In this document: positions 29,331 to 38,730 of the stretch, piece after piece
Numbering within the stretch: the stretch's first letter is position 1
Layout of the letters: each line of letters starts with the position of its first letter
DNA from: Archangium sp.
GTDB lineage: Bacteria > Myxococcota > Myxococcia > Myxococcales > Myxococcaceae
NCBI GenBank assembly: GCA_047600485.1
Contig: JASGKS010000001.1
Span: forward strand, 6,656,259-6,720,258
DNA length: 64,000 nt
Reading direction: 5' to 3'
Made by a program: the position numbers and the translations under genes
Notes under the pieces: model-generated
The model's input: only the letters and a program-made list of their open reading frames with translations
The model's database searches: none
What the model was told of the DNA's origin: nothing

Positions 29331-32187
29331 GCGCTTCCGCTGACCACACCCACAGCCGCGCCTTCTCGAGCTCTTCGCCGAGCGCCTTCAACGCCGCGGG
29401 CTCTTCCTTCGCCTTCATGCGCGCCTCGGTGAGCCTGAGCATCCACTCGCCCGAGCCGCGCATCGTCACGCGCTTCCCTTCATCGAGCGCGGCGTGCGCT
29501 TCAGCGTCCTTGTGCGCGAACCACAGCGCCAGGGCCTTGCGCGCCAGCAGCTGCGCCTCGAGCCATTCGAGCGGAGCGTTGCCGTGCACCGCCGTCACGC
29601 CCAGCTCACATTCCTTCGCCGCCTCGTCGAAGCGCTTCTGCGCCATCGCCACTTCAGCGCGCAGCACGCGCGTGATGCCGTGCACGCGCGGGAAGTCCTT
29701 CACGGTGGGCAACACCGCGTCGAGCATCAGCTGCGCTTGAGCGAGGTCGTCTTCCACCAGCGGGAACGCGGCGAGCTCGAACTTCGCCATCGCGCGCGTC
29801 TCGTCGCTCGACTCCGGCATGTCAGCTTCACGCGCGAGGTCGTCGATGAAGGTGAAGTGGCCCTCGATGCGGTCGACCTCGGCCTCGAGCAGCGACGCTT
29901 CCTGCGCCATCGCCTCTTCACGCAGCGCGCGCAGACAGTGCCGCGCTTCGCCGCCGACTTGTTTGGCGAGCGCGGTCTGCCCCATGTCGAGGTGGCCGCG
30001 CGCGAGCATCACGTCGAGCCTGCACGCGATGGCCGCGTCCGCCACGCGCGCTTCCTTCGCCGCCGCACGCAGCTCCGCCACCGAGGGCGCGACGCCTCGC
30101 GCTTCCTGCAACAACGCAATCTCGTACATCGCCTCCGACGCGCCGAGCAGGTCACCTGATTCGCGGAAGGTCAGCTGAGCCGCCCGCGCGAGGTCTTCGG
30201 CTTCCTTCTTCTGGTTCAACGCCACCAGCCGCTTCACGCGCTCCAGCTTCACGATGGCCTCGAGGTGCCTCTGACCTCGCGCCGTCGCCAATTGCTCGGC
30301 CGAGAGCAGCAGCTCCATCGCCTTCTTCGCGTCGGGCTCGAGCTGCGAGCGCACCCACGCTGCGCGCGCCTTGTCGGGTTCGGACCACTCGGCGTCGAGC
30401 GTGCGCCGTGCGTCTTCGAGCTGCCCCGACGCCGCGAGCGCCTCGGCGAGGGCGAAGCGAATCTCCGCGCGCGGCGGCAACTTCTTCAGTGCGGCGACGG
30501 CGTCACTCCAATTTCCGAGCGCGCGTGCGTACCGCGCCTCGACCCACGCACGTCCCTCAGCGGTGAGGATGTCGCGGTGCTCCCACGCGTTCTTCAACAC
30601 TGGCAGCGCGGTGGTGCGACCCACCTGCCGTTCTTCGACGTCGGCGAGCCGCAGCGCGATGGCGCTGTTGGTGTTGTCTCCCTGCAGACACTCGTCGTAG
30701 CCGTTCGCCGCTTCGGCCCACGCGTAGCGCGCGAGCGCGAGGTCACCCAGCGCGCACTGCTCGGCGATGTGCCGCTTCGCCACCACGCGGGTGATGGCCG
30801 CGCGCGACGATGCGTCGACCTTGAGCCCGTGCGCGACCCGAAACGCGTCGAGGCCGTCACCGATCAGCTCGTCCAGATTCGGGCGGTCGCCGTCGAACGA
30901 GCCGCCGGGCCATTCGAGGTGCAGGTGGAACTTCTCTCCCTTGCCGCTCACCTTGCCCGTGAGCCACACGTCGAAGTCGAGGCGGCGACCGAGCGTTTCT
31001 CCCAGATCGGCCGGCCACGGAGCGGTCAACGCCGCGTCCTTCACCGCCTCGCGCGCCCACAGCGGTGGCACCAGCGTCGCGTCGGTCGACGCGCTCAGAC
31101 CTGCTTCGGCTTCTTGCGTGGCAGACGCGGCGATCCACGCGTCGCGCGGCTCGAGGCCCGACTCGAACGGCAGCACCGCGATACGCGGCGGCCGCTTCAC
31201 GTTCATCGCGCGCTTCGCGACTCCGACGCCGACGCCGGTGGCCGCGAGCGCCACCACGGCGACCAGCGCCGGCAACAACTTCGAGCGTGGCTCTTCTTTC
31301 TGCGTGAAGCGGGCGGCCACGTCGGTCGCGCGCTGCGGCCTGCGCGACGGGTCTCTCGACAGACACTGCGAGACGAGCTTGCGAACCTTGCGCGGTGCCG
31401 AGTCACCCTCGAGCTCGAGCGGCTGCATGAACAGACGCGCGCGCGCGATTTCGTCGTCGGTCATGCCGCTGAACGGCAGCTTGCGCGTGAGCGCCTCGTA
31501 GATGACGACGCCCAGCGCGAACACGTCGGCGCGCAGGTCGATGGCTTTGCGCTCGACCTGTTCGGGCGCCATGTACCAGGGGCTCCCGCCGAGCGCGGTC
31601 TCGCTCTGCAGCGCGGCGAGGCCGAAGTCGGTCACCACCACGCGGTCGTCTTCGAGCACCACGTTCGACGGCTTGATGTCGAGGTGCACCAGGTTGCGGC
31701 CGTGCAGCTCCGCCAGGCCCGCGCAGATTTGCTCGATGACCGGAGCGAGCTCCGCGGGCGTCATCGGCCGCTTCAGCTGCTCGAGGTGCTGGGCGAGCGT
31801 CGGGCCGCGCAAGAGCTCCATGGTGATGAAGTGAACGCCTTGATCAGACCCGAAGTCGTACAGCCGGCAGAGGTTCTTGTGCGCCACCGAGCGACCGATG
31901 CGCAGCTCCTGCTTGAGCCATTCGAGCGCGTCGCTCTTGTCGGCCGAGCCCGCGCGCAACGTCTTGAGCGCGATGCGCACCCGCAGGTCTTCGTCGTACG
32001 CCTCGTAGACCTCGCCCATGCCGCCGCGACCCAGCAGGCGAATCAACTTGTAGCGACCCGCGAGCACCGTGCCCGTGACGTGGCTCGGCGAACCACGCGG
32101 TCTCGATTCTTCGTCGCGAAGGGTCCCCACGGCGCCCGCCACTCTACCCTCGCGCGCGCGCACGTCCGTTTCGCGTTCTGGTTTCAT
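29245..32187 (-). CDS. Ser/Thr protein kinase with long C-terminal helical/TPR-like repeat region
   Basis: 980 aa. Hanks motifs GRGGMGEVY, IALKTL, HLDIKPSNVVL, DFGLA, GSPWYMAPE. One TM (LLPALVAVVALAATGV). Roughly 650-aa extracytoplasmic/helical repeat domain. Confidence 0.85.
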   Translation of the reverse strand: MKPERETDVRAREGRVAGAVGTLRDEESRPRGSPSHVTGTVLAGRYKLIRLLGRGGMGEVYEAYDEDLRVRIALKTLRAGSADKSDALEWLKQELRIGRSVAHKNLCRLYDFGSDQGVHFITMELLRGPTLAQHLEQLKRPMTPAELAPVIEQICAGLAELHGRNLVHLDIKPSNVVLEDDRVVVTDFGLAALQSETALGGSPWYMAPEQVERKAIDLRADVFALGVVIYEALTRKLPFSGMTDDEIARARLFMQPLELEGDSAPRKVRKLVSQCLSRDPSRRPQRATDVAARFTQKEEPRSKLLPALVAVVALAATGVGVGVAKRAMNVKRPPRIAVLPFESGLEPRDAWIAASATQEAEAGLSASTDATLVPPLWAREAVKDAALTAPWPADLGETLGRRLDFDVWLTGKVSGKGEKFHLHLEWPGGSFDGDRPNLDELIGDGLDAFRVAHGLKVDASSRAAITRVVAKRHIAEQCALGDLALARYAWAEAANGYDECLQGDNTNSAIALRLADVEERQVGRTTALPVLKNAWEHRDILTAEGRAWVEARYARALGNWSDAVAALKKLPPRAEIRFALAEALAASGQLEDARRTLDAEWSEPDKARAAWVRSQLEPDAKKAMELLLSAEQLATARGQRHLEAIVKLERVKRLVALNQKKEAEDLARAAQLTFRESGDLLGASEAMYEIALLQEARGVAPSVAELRAAAKEARVADAAIACRLDVMLARGHLDMGQTALAKQVGGEARHCLRALREEAMAQEASLLEAEVDRIEGHFTFIDDLAREADMPESSDETRAMAKFELAAFPLVEDDLAQAQLMLDAVLPTVKDFPRVHGITRVLRAEVAMAQKRFDEAAKECELGVTAVHGNAPLEWLEAQLLARKALALWFAHKDAEAHAALDEGKRVTMRGSGEWMLRLTEARMKAKEEPAALKALGEELEKARLWVWSAEALTVVKQPIPPHWGFAPPKFAVRLGQLQR

Positions 32188-32199
32188 CGCGCGCGTGAA

Positions 32200-32595
32200 T
32201 CAGCCGGCGCGGCGCTGCCGCTGCCACGAGCGGCGCACCTCGACCAGAATTCGCACTCCGCCCTCGAAGCCACTGCCTTCTTCGAGCGCCTCCCCCAGGG
32301 AGTGCAGCAATTCGACGCACGCGCCGCGCAGCTCGCCGTCCTTCGCGGCGCGCGTCCATTCCATCACCACGCTGCCGTCTTTCGAGTCGGGTGCGAGCTC
32401 GGCCAGGTCCTGCACCGCGACGTACTCACGCGTCGTCAGCCGCCGACGCAGCAATCGCTCACACAGTCGAAGCAATCCTTCTCCGTGTGAGACGTCTTCG
32501 GAAAGCAGCGTGCGCGTCCACGCGACGAACTCAGCCACACGGACTTCGCTCGAACGGCGTTCAGGTGGTGGTGTCTCGAGTCGCGTTTCCAACAT
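32200..32595 (-). CDS. hypothetical protein, immediately upstream of the kinase gene
   Basis: Internal Met (MLETRLETPPPERR..) of ORF 32200..32676. Its stop is 13 nt before the kinase start. No family. Confidence 0.4.
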   Translation of the reverse strand: MLETRLETPPPERRSSEVRVAEFVAWTRTLLSEDVSHGEGLLRLCERLLRRRLTTREYVAVQDLAELAPDSKDGSVVMEWTRAAKDGELRGACVELLHSLGEALEEGSGFEGGVRILVEVRRSWQRQRRAG

Positions 32596-32802
32596 GGGTG
32601 AACGAAGAGCAACGCCCGTGCCTCGCGGGCTGATCAGCGAACGCTTCAGAACCGCTTGCGTGCGCGGCCGGCCCACACCCCCGATGTCCGGTGCCTGTCG
32701 TGCGCCAGTCCCGGGACGTCACGGCTGCCCGGGCAGCGACATCCGAGCGTAGCGGCTCGCGATTAGCGGGAGGCACGACCGTTGCTGAGCTAGAACGCAC
32801 CC

Positions 32803-34194
32803 ATGTCCGGAACCCTTCGCGACACGTCGGATCGCCGTTCACCGCACCTCCGCCCCGTGCTGATTCACGTGATGGGCTACGAGGACCTGCTCGCCGCGCC
32901 GCAAGGCCTGCGCATCGTCGAAGGCACGCTCGTCATCGGCCGCCGTGAAGAAGGCCGCAAAGACGGAGGCATGTGGCTCGACGACAAGCGCGTCTCGAGC
33001 CGCCACGTCGAGGTCGAGAAGAAGGGCGCGGGCGTGTTCGCCACCGACCTCGGTTCGAGCAACGGCACCATCTTGAACGGCAAGCCCATCAGCGGGCCGA
33101 CGCGTCTGACCGACGGAGACTTGATCGAGGTCGGCCGCACGCTGCTCTGCTTCCGTGAGTTGCCCGAAGGCGACATTCCCGCGGGCGGTTGGGCGTGGGG
33201 CGGCGGTCGCACCTTCAACGCGGAGCTGGGGCAGCTCGGCAATCAGCTGGACCGCATGGCGCGCTCGGCTGAGCCGGTGTTGCTGCTCGGCGAAACCGGC
33301 GCCGGTAAGGAAATCGCCGCGCGTCGCGTGCACGAGTTGAGCGGCCGCAGCGGCCCGATGGTGAGCATCGACTGCGGCGCGATGCCGGAGTCCCTCTTCG
33401 AGTCGACGCTCTTCGGTCACGAGAAGGGCGCCTTCACCGGAGCGACGGAGCCCCGCGTCGGCGACATCGCGCGCGCGCACAAGGGCACGCTGTTCCTCGA
33501 CGAGGTCGGCAACCTGCCGCTCGCCACGCAGGCGAAGTTGCTGCGCGTGCTGGAGACGAAGAGCGTGCGCCCGGTCGGCGGTCGCGAGCCGGTGGAGATT
33601 GACGTTCGCTGGGTCGCCGCCACCAACGCGTCGTTGAGCGACGAGTCGAGCTTCCGCAGCGACCTGCGCTTCCGTCTCGCGGGCTTCGTGGCGCGGTTGC
33701 CGCCGCTGCGTCGCCGTCGTGAAGACCTGGGCCTGCTCATCGCCGCGCTGTTGAAGGAAGCGGGCGTGAAGAAGGCGTCGCTCACCCGCAGCGCCGCGGG
33801 CCGGCTGCTCACGCACCCGCTGCCCGGCAACGTGCGCCAGCTGCGTCAGGTGCTGCGCGCCGCCGCGTTCCTCGCCACCGACGGCGAGCTGACCATCGAC
33901 CTCGACTCGCTCGACGAGATGGAGGATTTGGGCTCGAACGCGCCGCCCGAGTCGGAGAACGAAGCCGCCGCGTTGCCGGTGCGCCCGTCGTCGCCGAGCT
34001 CGTCGAACATCGCCGACGCGATTCCCGCCGCGCGCATGTCGGCGCCGGAACGCAGCGTGCTCGAGGCCGCGCTCACCGCCGCGCAGGGTCGTGTCTCGGC
34101 CGCCGCGCGTGCGCTGAACACCTCGCCGCGTCAGCTCTACCGCTGGCTGGAGCGCATGGGGCTCGACCCCGATTCGTTCCGCAAATTGACCTGA
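32803..34194 (+). CDS. sigma-54-dependent transcriptional activator with N-terminal FHA domain
   Basis: FHA core (LVIGRREEGRKDGGMWLDDKRVSSRHVEV..GVFATDLGSSNGTILNGKPI). AAA+ sigma-54 interaction domain with Walker A GETGAGKE and the GAFTGA loop (ESTLFGHEKGAFTGA). C-terminal HTH. Confidence 0.85.
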   Translation: MSGTLRDTSDRRSPHLRPVLIHVMGYEDLLAAPQGLRIVEGTLVIGRREEGRKDGGMWLDDKRVSSRHVEVEKKGAGVFATDLGSSNGTILNGKPISGPTRLTDGDLIEVGRTLLCFRELPEGDIPAGGWAWGGGRTFNAELGQLGNQLDRMARSAEPVLLLGETGAGKEIAARRVHELSGRSGPMVSIDCGAMPESLFESTLFGHEKGAFTGATEPRVGDIARAHKGTLFLDEVGNLPLATQAKLLRVLETKSVRPVGGREPVEIDVRWVAATNASLSDESSFRSDLRFRLAGFVARLPPLRRRREDLGLLIAALLKEAGVKKASLTRSAAGRLLTHPLPGNVRQLRQVLRAAAFLATDGELTIDLDSLDEMEDLGSNAPPESENEAAALPVRPSSPSSSNIADAIPAARMSAPERSVLEAALTAAQGRVSAAARALNTSPRQLYRWLERMGLDPDSFRKLT

Positions 34195-34216
34195 GATCTT
34201 CGCCAGCGGTCGCGCG

Positions 34217-34984
34217 TTGAAGCCTTCGGGCATGCGTGCGCGAAAACGAATTCTGGTCGTCGAAGACGAGCTTCCGATTCGGCGCGGCCTCGCGGACGCT
34301 TTGATTTTCGCGGGGTTTTCGCCGGTGGAAGCCGCCAGCTGCGACGAGGCACGCCGCGCCGTGGAGGCCGGCACCTTCGACCTCGCGCTGGTCGACCTGG
34401 TGCTCCCCGGCGGGAGCGGTCTGTTGGTCGTCGACCATGCGCGCAAGCTGCAACCGGGTCTGCCGATCATCGCCGTCACCGCGTTGGGCGCTGAAGAGGA
34501 GCGCGTCGATGGGCTGCAGCGCGGCGTCGATGACTACGTCGTGAAGCCCTTCAGCGTGCGTGAGTTGCTCGCGCGCATCACCGCGGTGCTCCGCCGCTCG
34601 GCCGAACGCAGCACCGCGCCGCGCGAGCTGGTGCTCGGAGAATTGACCATCGACCTCGCGCGCCGCGAAGTGCGCAGCGGAGACACCGTCACCTTGCTCT
34701 CTGAGCGTGAGGGCGAGCTGCTCACCTATCTCGTGCAGCACGCAGGACGTGCTGTCTCGCGCGACGAGTTGATGCAGCACGTGTGGCGGCTCGAGCCAGG
34801 TGCCGTCGCGACGCGCACCATCGACATGACCGTCTCGCGGCTGCGCGAGAAGACGGGCGGCGACGCGCTGATTCGCACCCTGCGCGGCAAAGGCTACGTG
34901 CTGAAAACCTCCGGCGCTGAAGCACGACTCGGCCCCTCACCCGACCTCTCCCCGTTTCACAGGGAGAGGAGAGAGACGAATTGA
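34217..34984 (+). CDS. OmpR/PhoB-family response regulator
   Basis: Receiver domain (RILVVEDELPIRRGL, LALVDLVLPGGSG, KPF) and winged-helix output (TRTIDMTVSRLREK..RTLRGKGYVL). Possible start at 34232. The 3' end runs through a 45-nt repeat element. Confidence 0.85.
   Translation: MKPSGMRARKRILVVEDELPIRRGLADALIFAGFSPVEAASCDEARRAVEAGTFDLALVDLVLPGGSGLLVVDHARKLQPGLPIIAVTALGAEEERVDGLQRGVDDYVVKPFSVRELLARITAVLRRSAERSTAPRELVLGELTIDLARREVRSGDTVTLLSEREGELLTYLVQHAGRAVSRDELMQHVWRLEPGAVATRTIDMTVSRLREKTGGDALIRTLRGKGYVLKTSGAEARLGPSPDLSPFHRERRETN
34931..34975. repeat. 45-nt GC-rich hairpin repeat, copy 5 (in the 3' end of the response-regulator gene, upstream of the histidine kinase TTG start)
   Basis: ggcccctcacccgacctctccccgtttcacagggagaggagagag. 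Confidence 0.7.
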
Positions 34985-36372
34985 GAGCGTGGCTTCTCCT
35001 CGCGGCGGCACTCCTCGGTTCCGCCCTCGCGCTGCTGGCGGTGAGCGTCAGCCTCGTGCGTCTCGACGAACGCGAGGTCACCAATGAGCAGACGCGCCTC
35101 GCACTGTGGCGCATGGAGCTGGTGCTGAGCCGCGTCGTCGCTGCAGAGAGTGCTCGTCCGTCGCGCTTCGACATCTCACCGAGCGGCGAGCTCTCGGGTG
35201 AACTCCTCGCACGCTACGTGCCGCAGCTCACCGCGCGCGACCAGACGGAGCTGCCCAACAACTTCGCCGCCGACTTCACGCGCCGCAACATTCTCGCCAA
35301 CGCACCCGACCCCGAGCCGAGCCACTCCACGCAGCTCTCCCCGATGTGGATCGACGACGCGCTCTTCCTCGTGCGGCGCGAGTACAGCGGCGAGGGCGTG
35401 CACACGCGCGGCGTGATGCTCGACTGGCCGGCGCTGCGCCGACGACTGCTGCGCGAAGTGACCGACTTGCTCCCCGAAGCCGAACTGCGCCCCGCACGCG
35501 CTGCGACGCCCGACGCTGCGCTCCTCGCCTCGATGCCGCTCGAGCTCGTGCCCGGCAGACCCGCGCGGAGCGAAACGCGTGCTCCAGTTCGCGACGTGCT
35601 GCTCGCCGCGTGGGGCGCGTGGGCGGTGGTCGCGTTCGCACTCGTGGTGTTGGTGCACCGCACTCGTGCGCTCGACAAGCGACGCAAGGCCTTCGTGTCT
35701 GCGGTGACGCACGAGCTGCGCACGCCGCTCACCACGTTCAAGCTGTACGCCGAGATGCTCGAGGGCGGCATGGTGCCGGCCGACCAACAGTCCCTCTACC
35801 TCGCGCGGCTGCGACAGGAAGCGAACCGCCTCGGCTACCTCGTCGAGAACGTCCTCGCCTGGGCGCAGGTCGAGCGCGGACGGCGTCGCAAGCCGCTCGA
35901 AGACGTGGCCTGCGACGAGCTGCTCGACACCATCGTGCCGCGGCTCTCACAGCGCGCTGAGCTGGGCTCCTTCACGCTCGACGTGGGCGACCTTCCGACC
36001 TTGCGCGTGCGCGCCGACCGCATCTCCGTCGAGCAGGTGCTCTTCAACCTCGTCGACAACGCGTGCAAGTACGCGGCGCGCTCCGACGCGCGACGCATCG
36101 CGCTCACCTGCGCGGTTCAGGAATCTCGACTCGAGCTGACCGTCGCCGATGACGGTCCGGGCGTCGCCGCCGAGGTCGCGCGCAAGCTGTTCGAGCCGAT
36201 GCAGAAGTCCGCCAGCGAGTCGGCCAATGGTGCGCACGGCATCGGCCTCGGTCTCGCGTTGAGCCGGCAGCTGGCGCGCGCGATGGGCGGAGAGCTCGCT
36301 TCACGCCCCGCTCCGCAGGGCGCCCAGTTCGTGCTCACCCTGCCGCTGGCCGAAGCAGTTACACGGCAGTGA
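34981..36372 (+). CDS. sensor histidine kinase
   Basis: TTG start overlapping the regulator stop. Two TM segments. H-box AVTHELRTPLT, N-box LFNLVDNACKYA, G-boxes DDGPGV and GIGLGLALSRQLA. Confidence 0.85.
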   Translation: MRAWLLLAAALLGSALALLAVSVSLVRLDEREVTNEQTRLALWRMELVLSRVVAAESARPSRFDISPSGELSGELLARYVPQLTARDQTELPNNFAADFTRRNILANAPDPEPSHSTQLSPMWIDDALFLVRREYSGEGVHTRGVMLDWPALRRRLLREVTDLLPEAELRPARAATPDAALLASMPLELVPGRPARSETRAPVRDVLLAAWGAWAVVAFALVVLVHRTRALDKRRKAFVSAVTHELRTPLTTFKLYAEMLEGGMVPADQQSLYLARLRQEANRLGYLVENVLAWAQVERGRRRKPLEDVACDELLDTIVPRLSQRAELGSFTLDVGDLPTLRVRADRISVEQVLFNLVDNACKYAARSDARRIALTCAVQESRLELTVADDGPGVAAEVARKLFEPMQKSASESANGAHGIGLGLALSRQLARAMGGELASRPAPQGAQFVLTLPLAEAVTRQ

Positions 36373-36406
36373 CGATCTGACGAGCGGCTCGCGCGTTCGA
36401 CGCCGC

Positions 36407-38110
36407 ATGATCAGACACCTCCTCGTGCCCCTGGCGTTGCTGCTTCCTCTCTTTCCGGCGTTCGAATTCGAAGACGTCGCGAGCGCCGTTCCTGCATCGG
36501 TTTCGAAGCCCGCCGAGCCGCAGCCGCACGAACCCGGCGAGCTCGCGCTCAGCACCACCAAGGTCGTCATCTTCAAGGACGGCCACGGCCTGTTCATCAA
36601 GACCGCACGCGGAGTGGCCGACGCGAGTGGCCGCGTGTTCACCGAGAAAGTCCCCGAGCAGGCGGTGCTCGGCACGTTCTGGGCGGTGCCCGACGACCGG
36701 CCGCTGCGCTCCACCATCGCGTCGTGGCACGAGAGCGTGAAGGCGCGCTCCGAAGAACGTTCGTGTCTGTCGACGCTCGAGCTGCTGCGCGCGAACGAGG
36801 GCAAGAAGCTCACGCTGGCCATCGGTGAGCACGAGCTGACGGTGAAGGTCATCGACGTGCTCGAGGCGAGTGGCACCGCGGCGGCGCCCGAGACCGAAGG
36901 CGTGTGGGAAAAGGAAGTGCAGCTCCGCGGCGCTGAGTTGGTGACGGTCGAGACCTCCGAGGGTGTGCGCCAGGTGCTCCCGGTGAGCAGCATCCGCACC
37001 GTGGCGGGCCGCGACCTCAACACGCACTGCGTGGAACGCCGTGAACTGGCGAAGCGCGCGCGACGGCTGACCTTCGACTTCGGGCCCGAGGCCGCGAACA
37101 AGGCCGTGTCGCTGCACGTGATGTATTTCACGCCCGGCGTGCGGTGGATTCCGACGTACCGCGTGAAGACCGGCAAGGGCGCGAAGGCCGAGGTCTCGCT
37201 GCAGGCGGAGATTCTCAACGAGGAAGAAGACTTCGAGTCGGCCACCGTCGACCTGGTGGTCGGCGTGCCGAGCTTCAAGTTCGCGTCGACCGTTTCGCCA
37301 CTCGCGCTCGAGCAGACGATGCGCTCGACGCTGGCGCAGGCGATGCCATCGCTGATGCTCAACAATTACGGCCTCAGCAACGCGAACTTCGACGTGCGCT
37401 CGGGAGAACGCTCCTCCGAGGCAAGGGCGGGCACGCAGTCGACGGAGCTCAACTCGGTCGCCGCGCAGCTGGGCGGCGAGAACAAGCAGGACTTCTTCGT
37501 GTACCCGGTGAAGGGGCTCAGTCTGGCGCGAGGGGCGCGCGCGGTGGTGCCGCTGTGGAAGCGCGAGGTGCCGCAGCGTCACGTCTACACCGCGGAGCTC
37601 ACCGACGATGGCATGGCGCGCAACGTCGGCACGCTGCAGCAGAACATCGTGATGCATCAGCTGGAGCTCACCAACGACACCGACCTGCCCTTCACCACCG
37701 GCGCGGCGATGGTCACCGACGGAGATCTCCCGCTCGGCCAGGACGTGCTCGCGTACACCTCGAGCGGCGGCAAGACGCTGTTGCCCATCACCACCGCGCT
37801 CAACCTGCGCGCCGTGATGTCGAGCACCGAGCTTCAGCGCACGCCGAACGCGACGACCATCGACGGTCGCTTGTTCACGCAGCTCGCTCGACGCACCAAG
37901 GTCACGCTCTCCAACCTCGACCGCACGCCAGTCACGCTGCGGCTGTCGGTGAACGTCACGGGGAAGGTCAGCAACGTCACGATGCGCGGTGACGCGAATC
38001 AGCTCGAGACGTACGACCGCGTGAACTCGCACGGCACGGTGAGCTGGGAAGTGACGCTCGCTCCGGGCGCGCGGCTCGAGGTGGCGTACGACGCGACCAT
38101 GCTGCTCTGA
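36407..38110 (+). CDS. secreted hypothetical protein
   Basis: 567 aa. Signal peptide (LVPLALLLPLFPAFE). No confident family. Confidence 0.5.
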   Translation: MIRHLLVPLALLLPLFPAFEFEDVASAVPASVSKPAEPQPHEPGELALSTTKVVIFKDGHGLFIKTARGVADASGRVFTEKVPEQAVLGTFWAVPDDRPLRSTIASWHESVKARSEERSCLSTLELLRANEGKKLTLAIGEHELTVKVIDVLEASGTAAAPETEGVWEKEVQLRGAELVTVETSEGVRQVLPVSSIRTVAGRDLNTHCVERRELAKRARRLTFDFGPEAANKAVSLHVMYFTPGVRWIPTYRVKTGKGAKAEVSLQAEILNEEEDFESATVDLVVGVPSFKFASTVSPLALEQTMRSTLAQAMPSLMLNNYGLSNANFDVRSGERSSEARAGTQSTELNSVAAQLGGENKQDFFVYPVKGLSLARGARAVVPLWKREVPQRHVYTAELTDDGMARNVGTLQQNIVMHQLELTNDTDLPFTTGAAMVTDGDLPLGQDVLAYTSSGGKTLLPITTALNLRAVMSSTELQRTPNATTIDGRLFTQLARRTKVTLSNLDRTPVTLRLSVNVTGKVSNVTMRGDANQLETYDRVNSHGTVSWEVTLAPGARLEVAYDATMLL

Positions 38111-38232
38111 AGCGATCGTCCGGGCCGGTCGGAATTTCGGGGCCATTTCCGCCCGGAATTCCGACACCTACACCAGTTGATCCAACGCGTTACGGCGCTG
38201 CCCGAATCTCGTGGTGTGTTGTCTAAGAACGC

Positions 38233-38730
38233 ATGCCACCGCTGCCTCCGGTGAAGGTGCTCTTCAGTCAGTACGGAGGCATGGTGCTGCGGCGCGCGCG
38301 GGCGCTGTTGGGCGATGAGCACGCGGCTCGAGACGCGGCGCAGGAAGTGTTTCTGCAGGTGCTGCGCGCGGAAGATCAATTCCGCAGCGAGAGCTCGCCG
38401 GTGACGTGGCTGTACCGCATCACGACCAACGTCTGTCTCAACCTGCTCAAGCACCACTCGCGTCGGCGCGAAGACTTCGCGGGTGAATTGCCGGAGCACC
38501 ACGAAGAGCAGCGCGTCAGCGTCGACGAGAAGTTGTCGATTCACGCGGTGCTGGCGCGCGTGCCCGAGCCGCTGCGCGAAATCGCGACGTACTACTACCT
38601 GGACCAGATGAGCCACGACGAGATCGCCCGGCTCTGCAACGTCTCGCGCCGCACCGTCGGAAATCGACTCGTCGAGTTCCACGCAGCCGCGAGCCTCCTC
38701 ACCGAGCCGAACAAGAAGGTGGTCTCATGA
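38233..38730 (+). CDS. ECF-family RNA polymerase sigma factor (paralog of the 3232..3720 gene)
   Basis: YGGMVLRRARALLGDEHAARDAAQEVFLQVLRA..TTNVCLNLLKH closely parallels YGPMVLRRCRHLLRDEARALDAMQDVFVLVLRH..ATNVCLNLMRG in the first sigma. Region-4 HTH MSHDEIARLCNVSRRTVGNRL. Confidence 0.8.
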   Translation: MPPLPPVKVLFSQYGGMVLRRARALLGDEHAARDAAQEVFLQVLRAEDQFRSESSPVTWLYRITTNVCLNLLKHHSRRREDFAGELPEHHEEQRVSVDEKLSIHAVLARVPEPLREIATYYYLDQMSHDEIARLCNVSRRTVGNRLVEFHAAASLLTEPNKKVVS

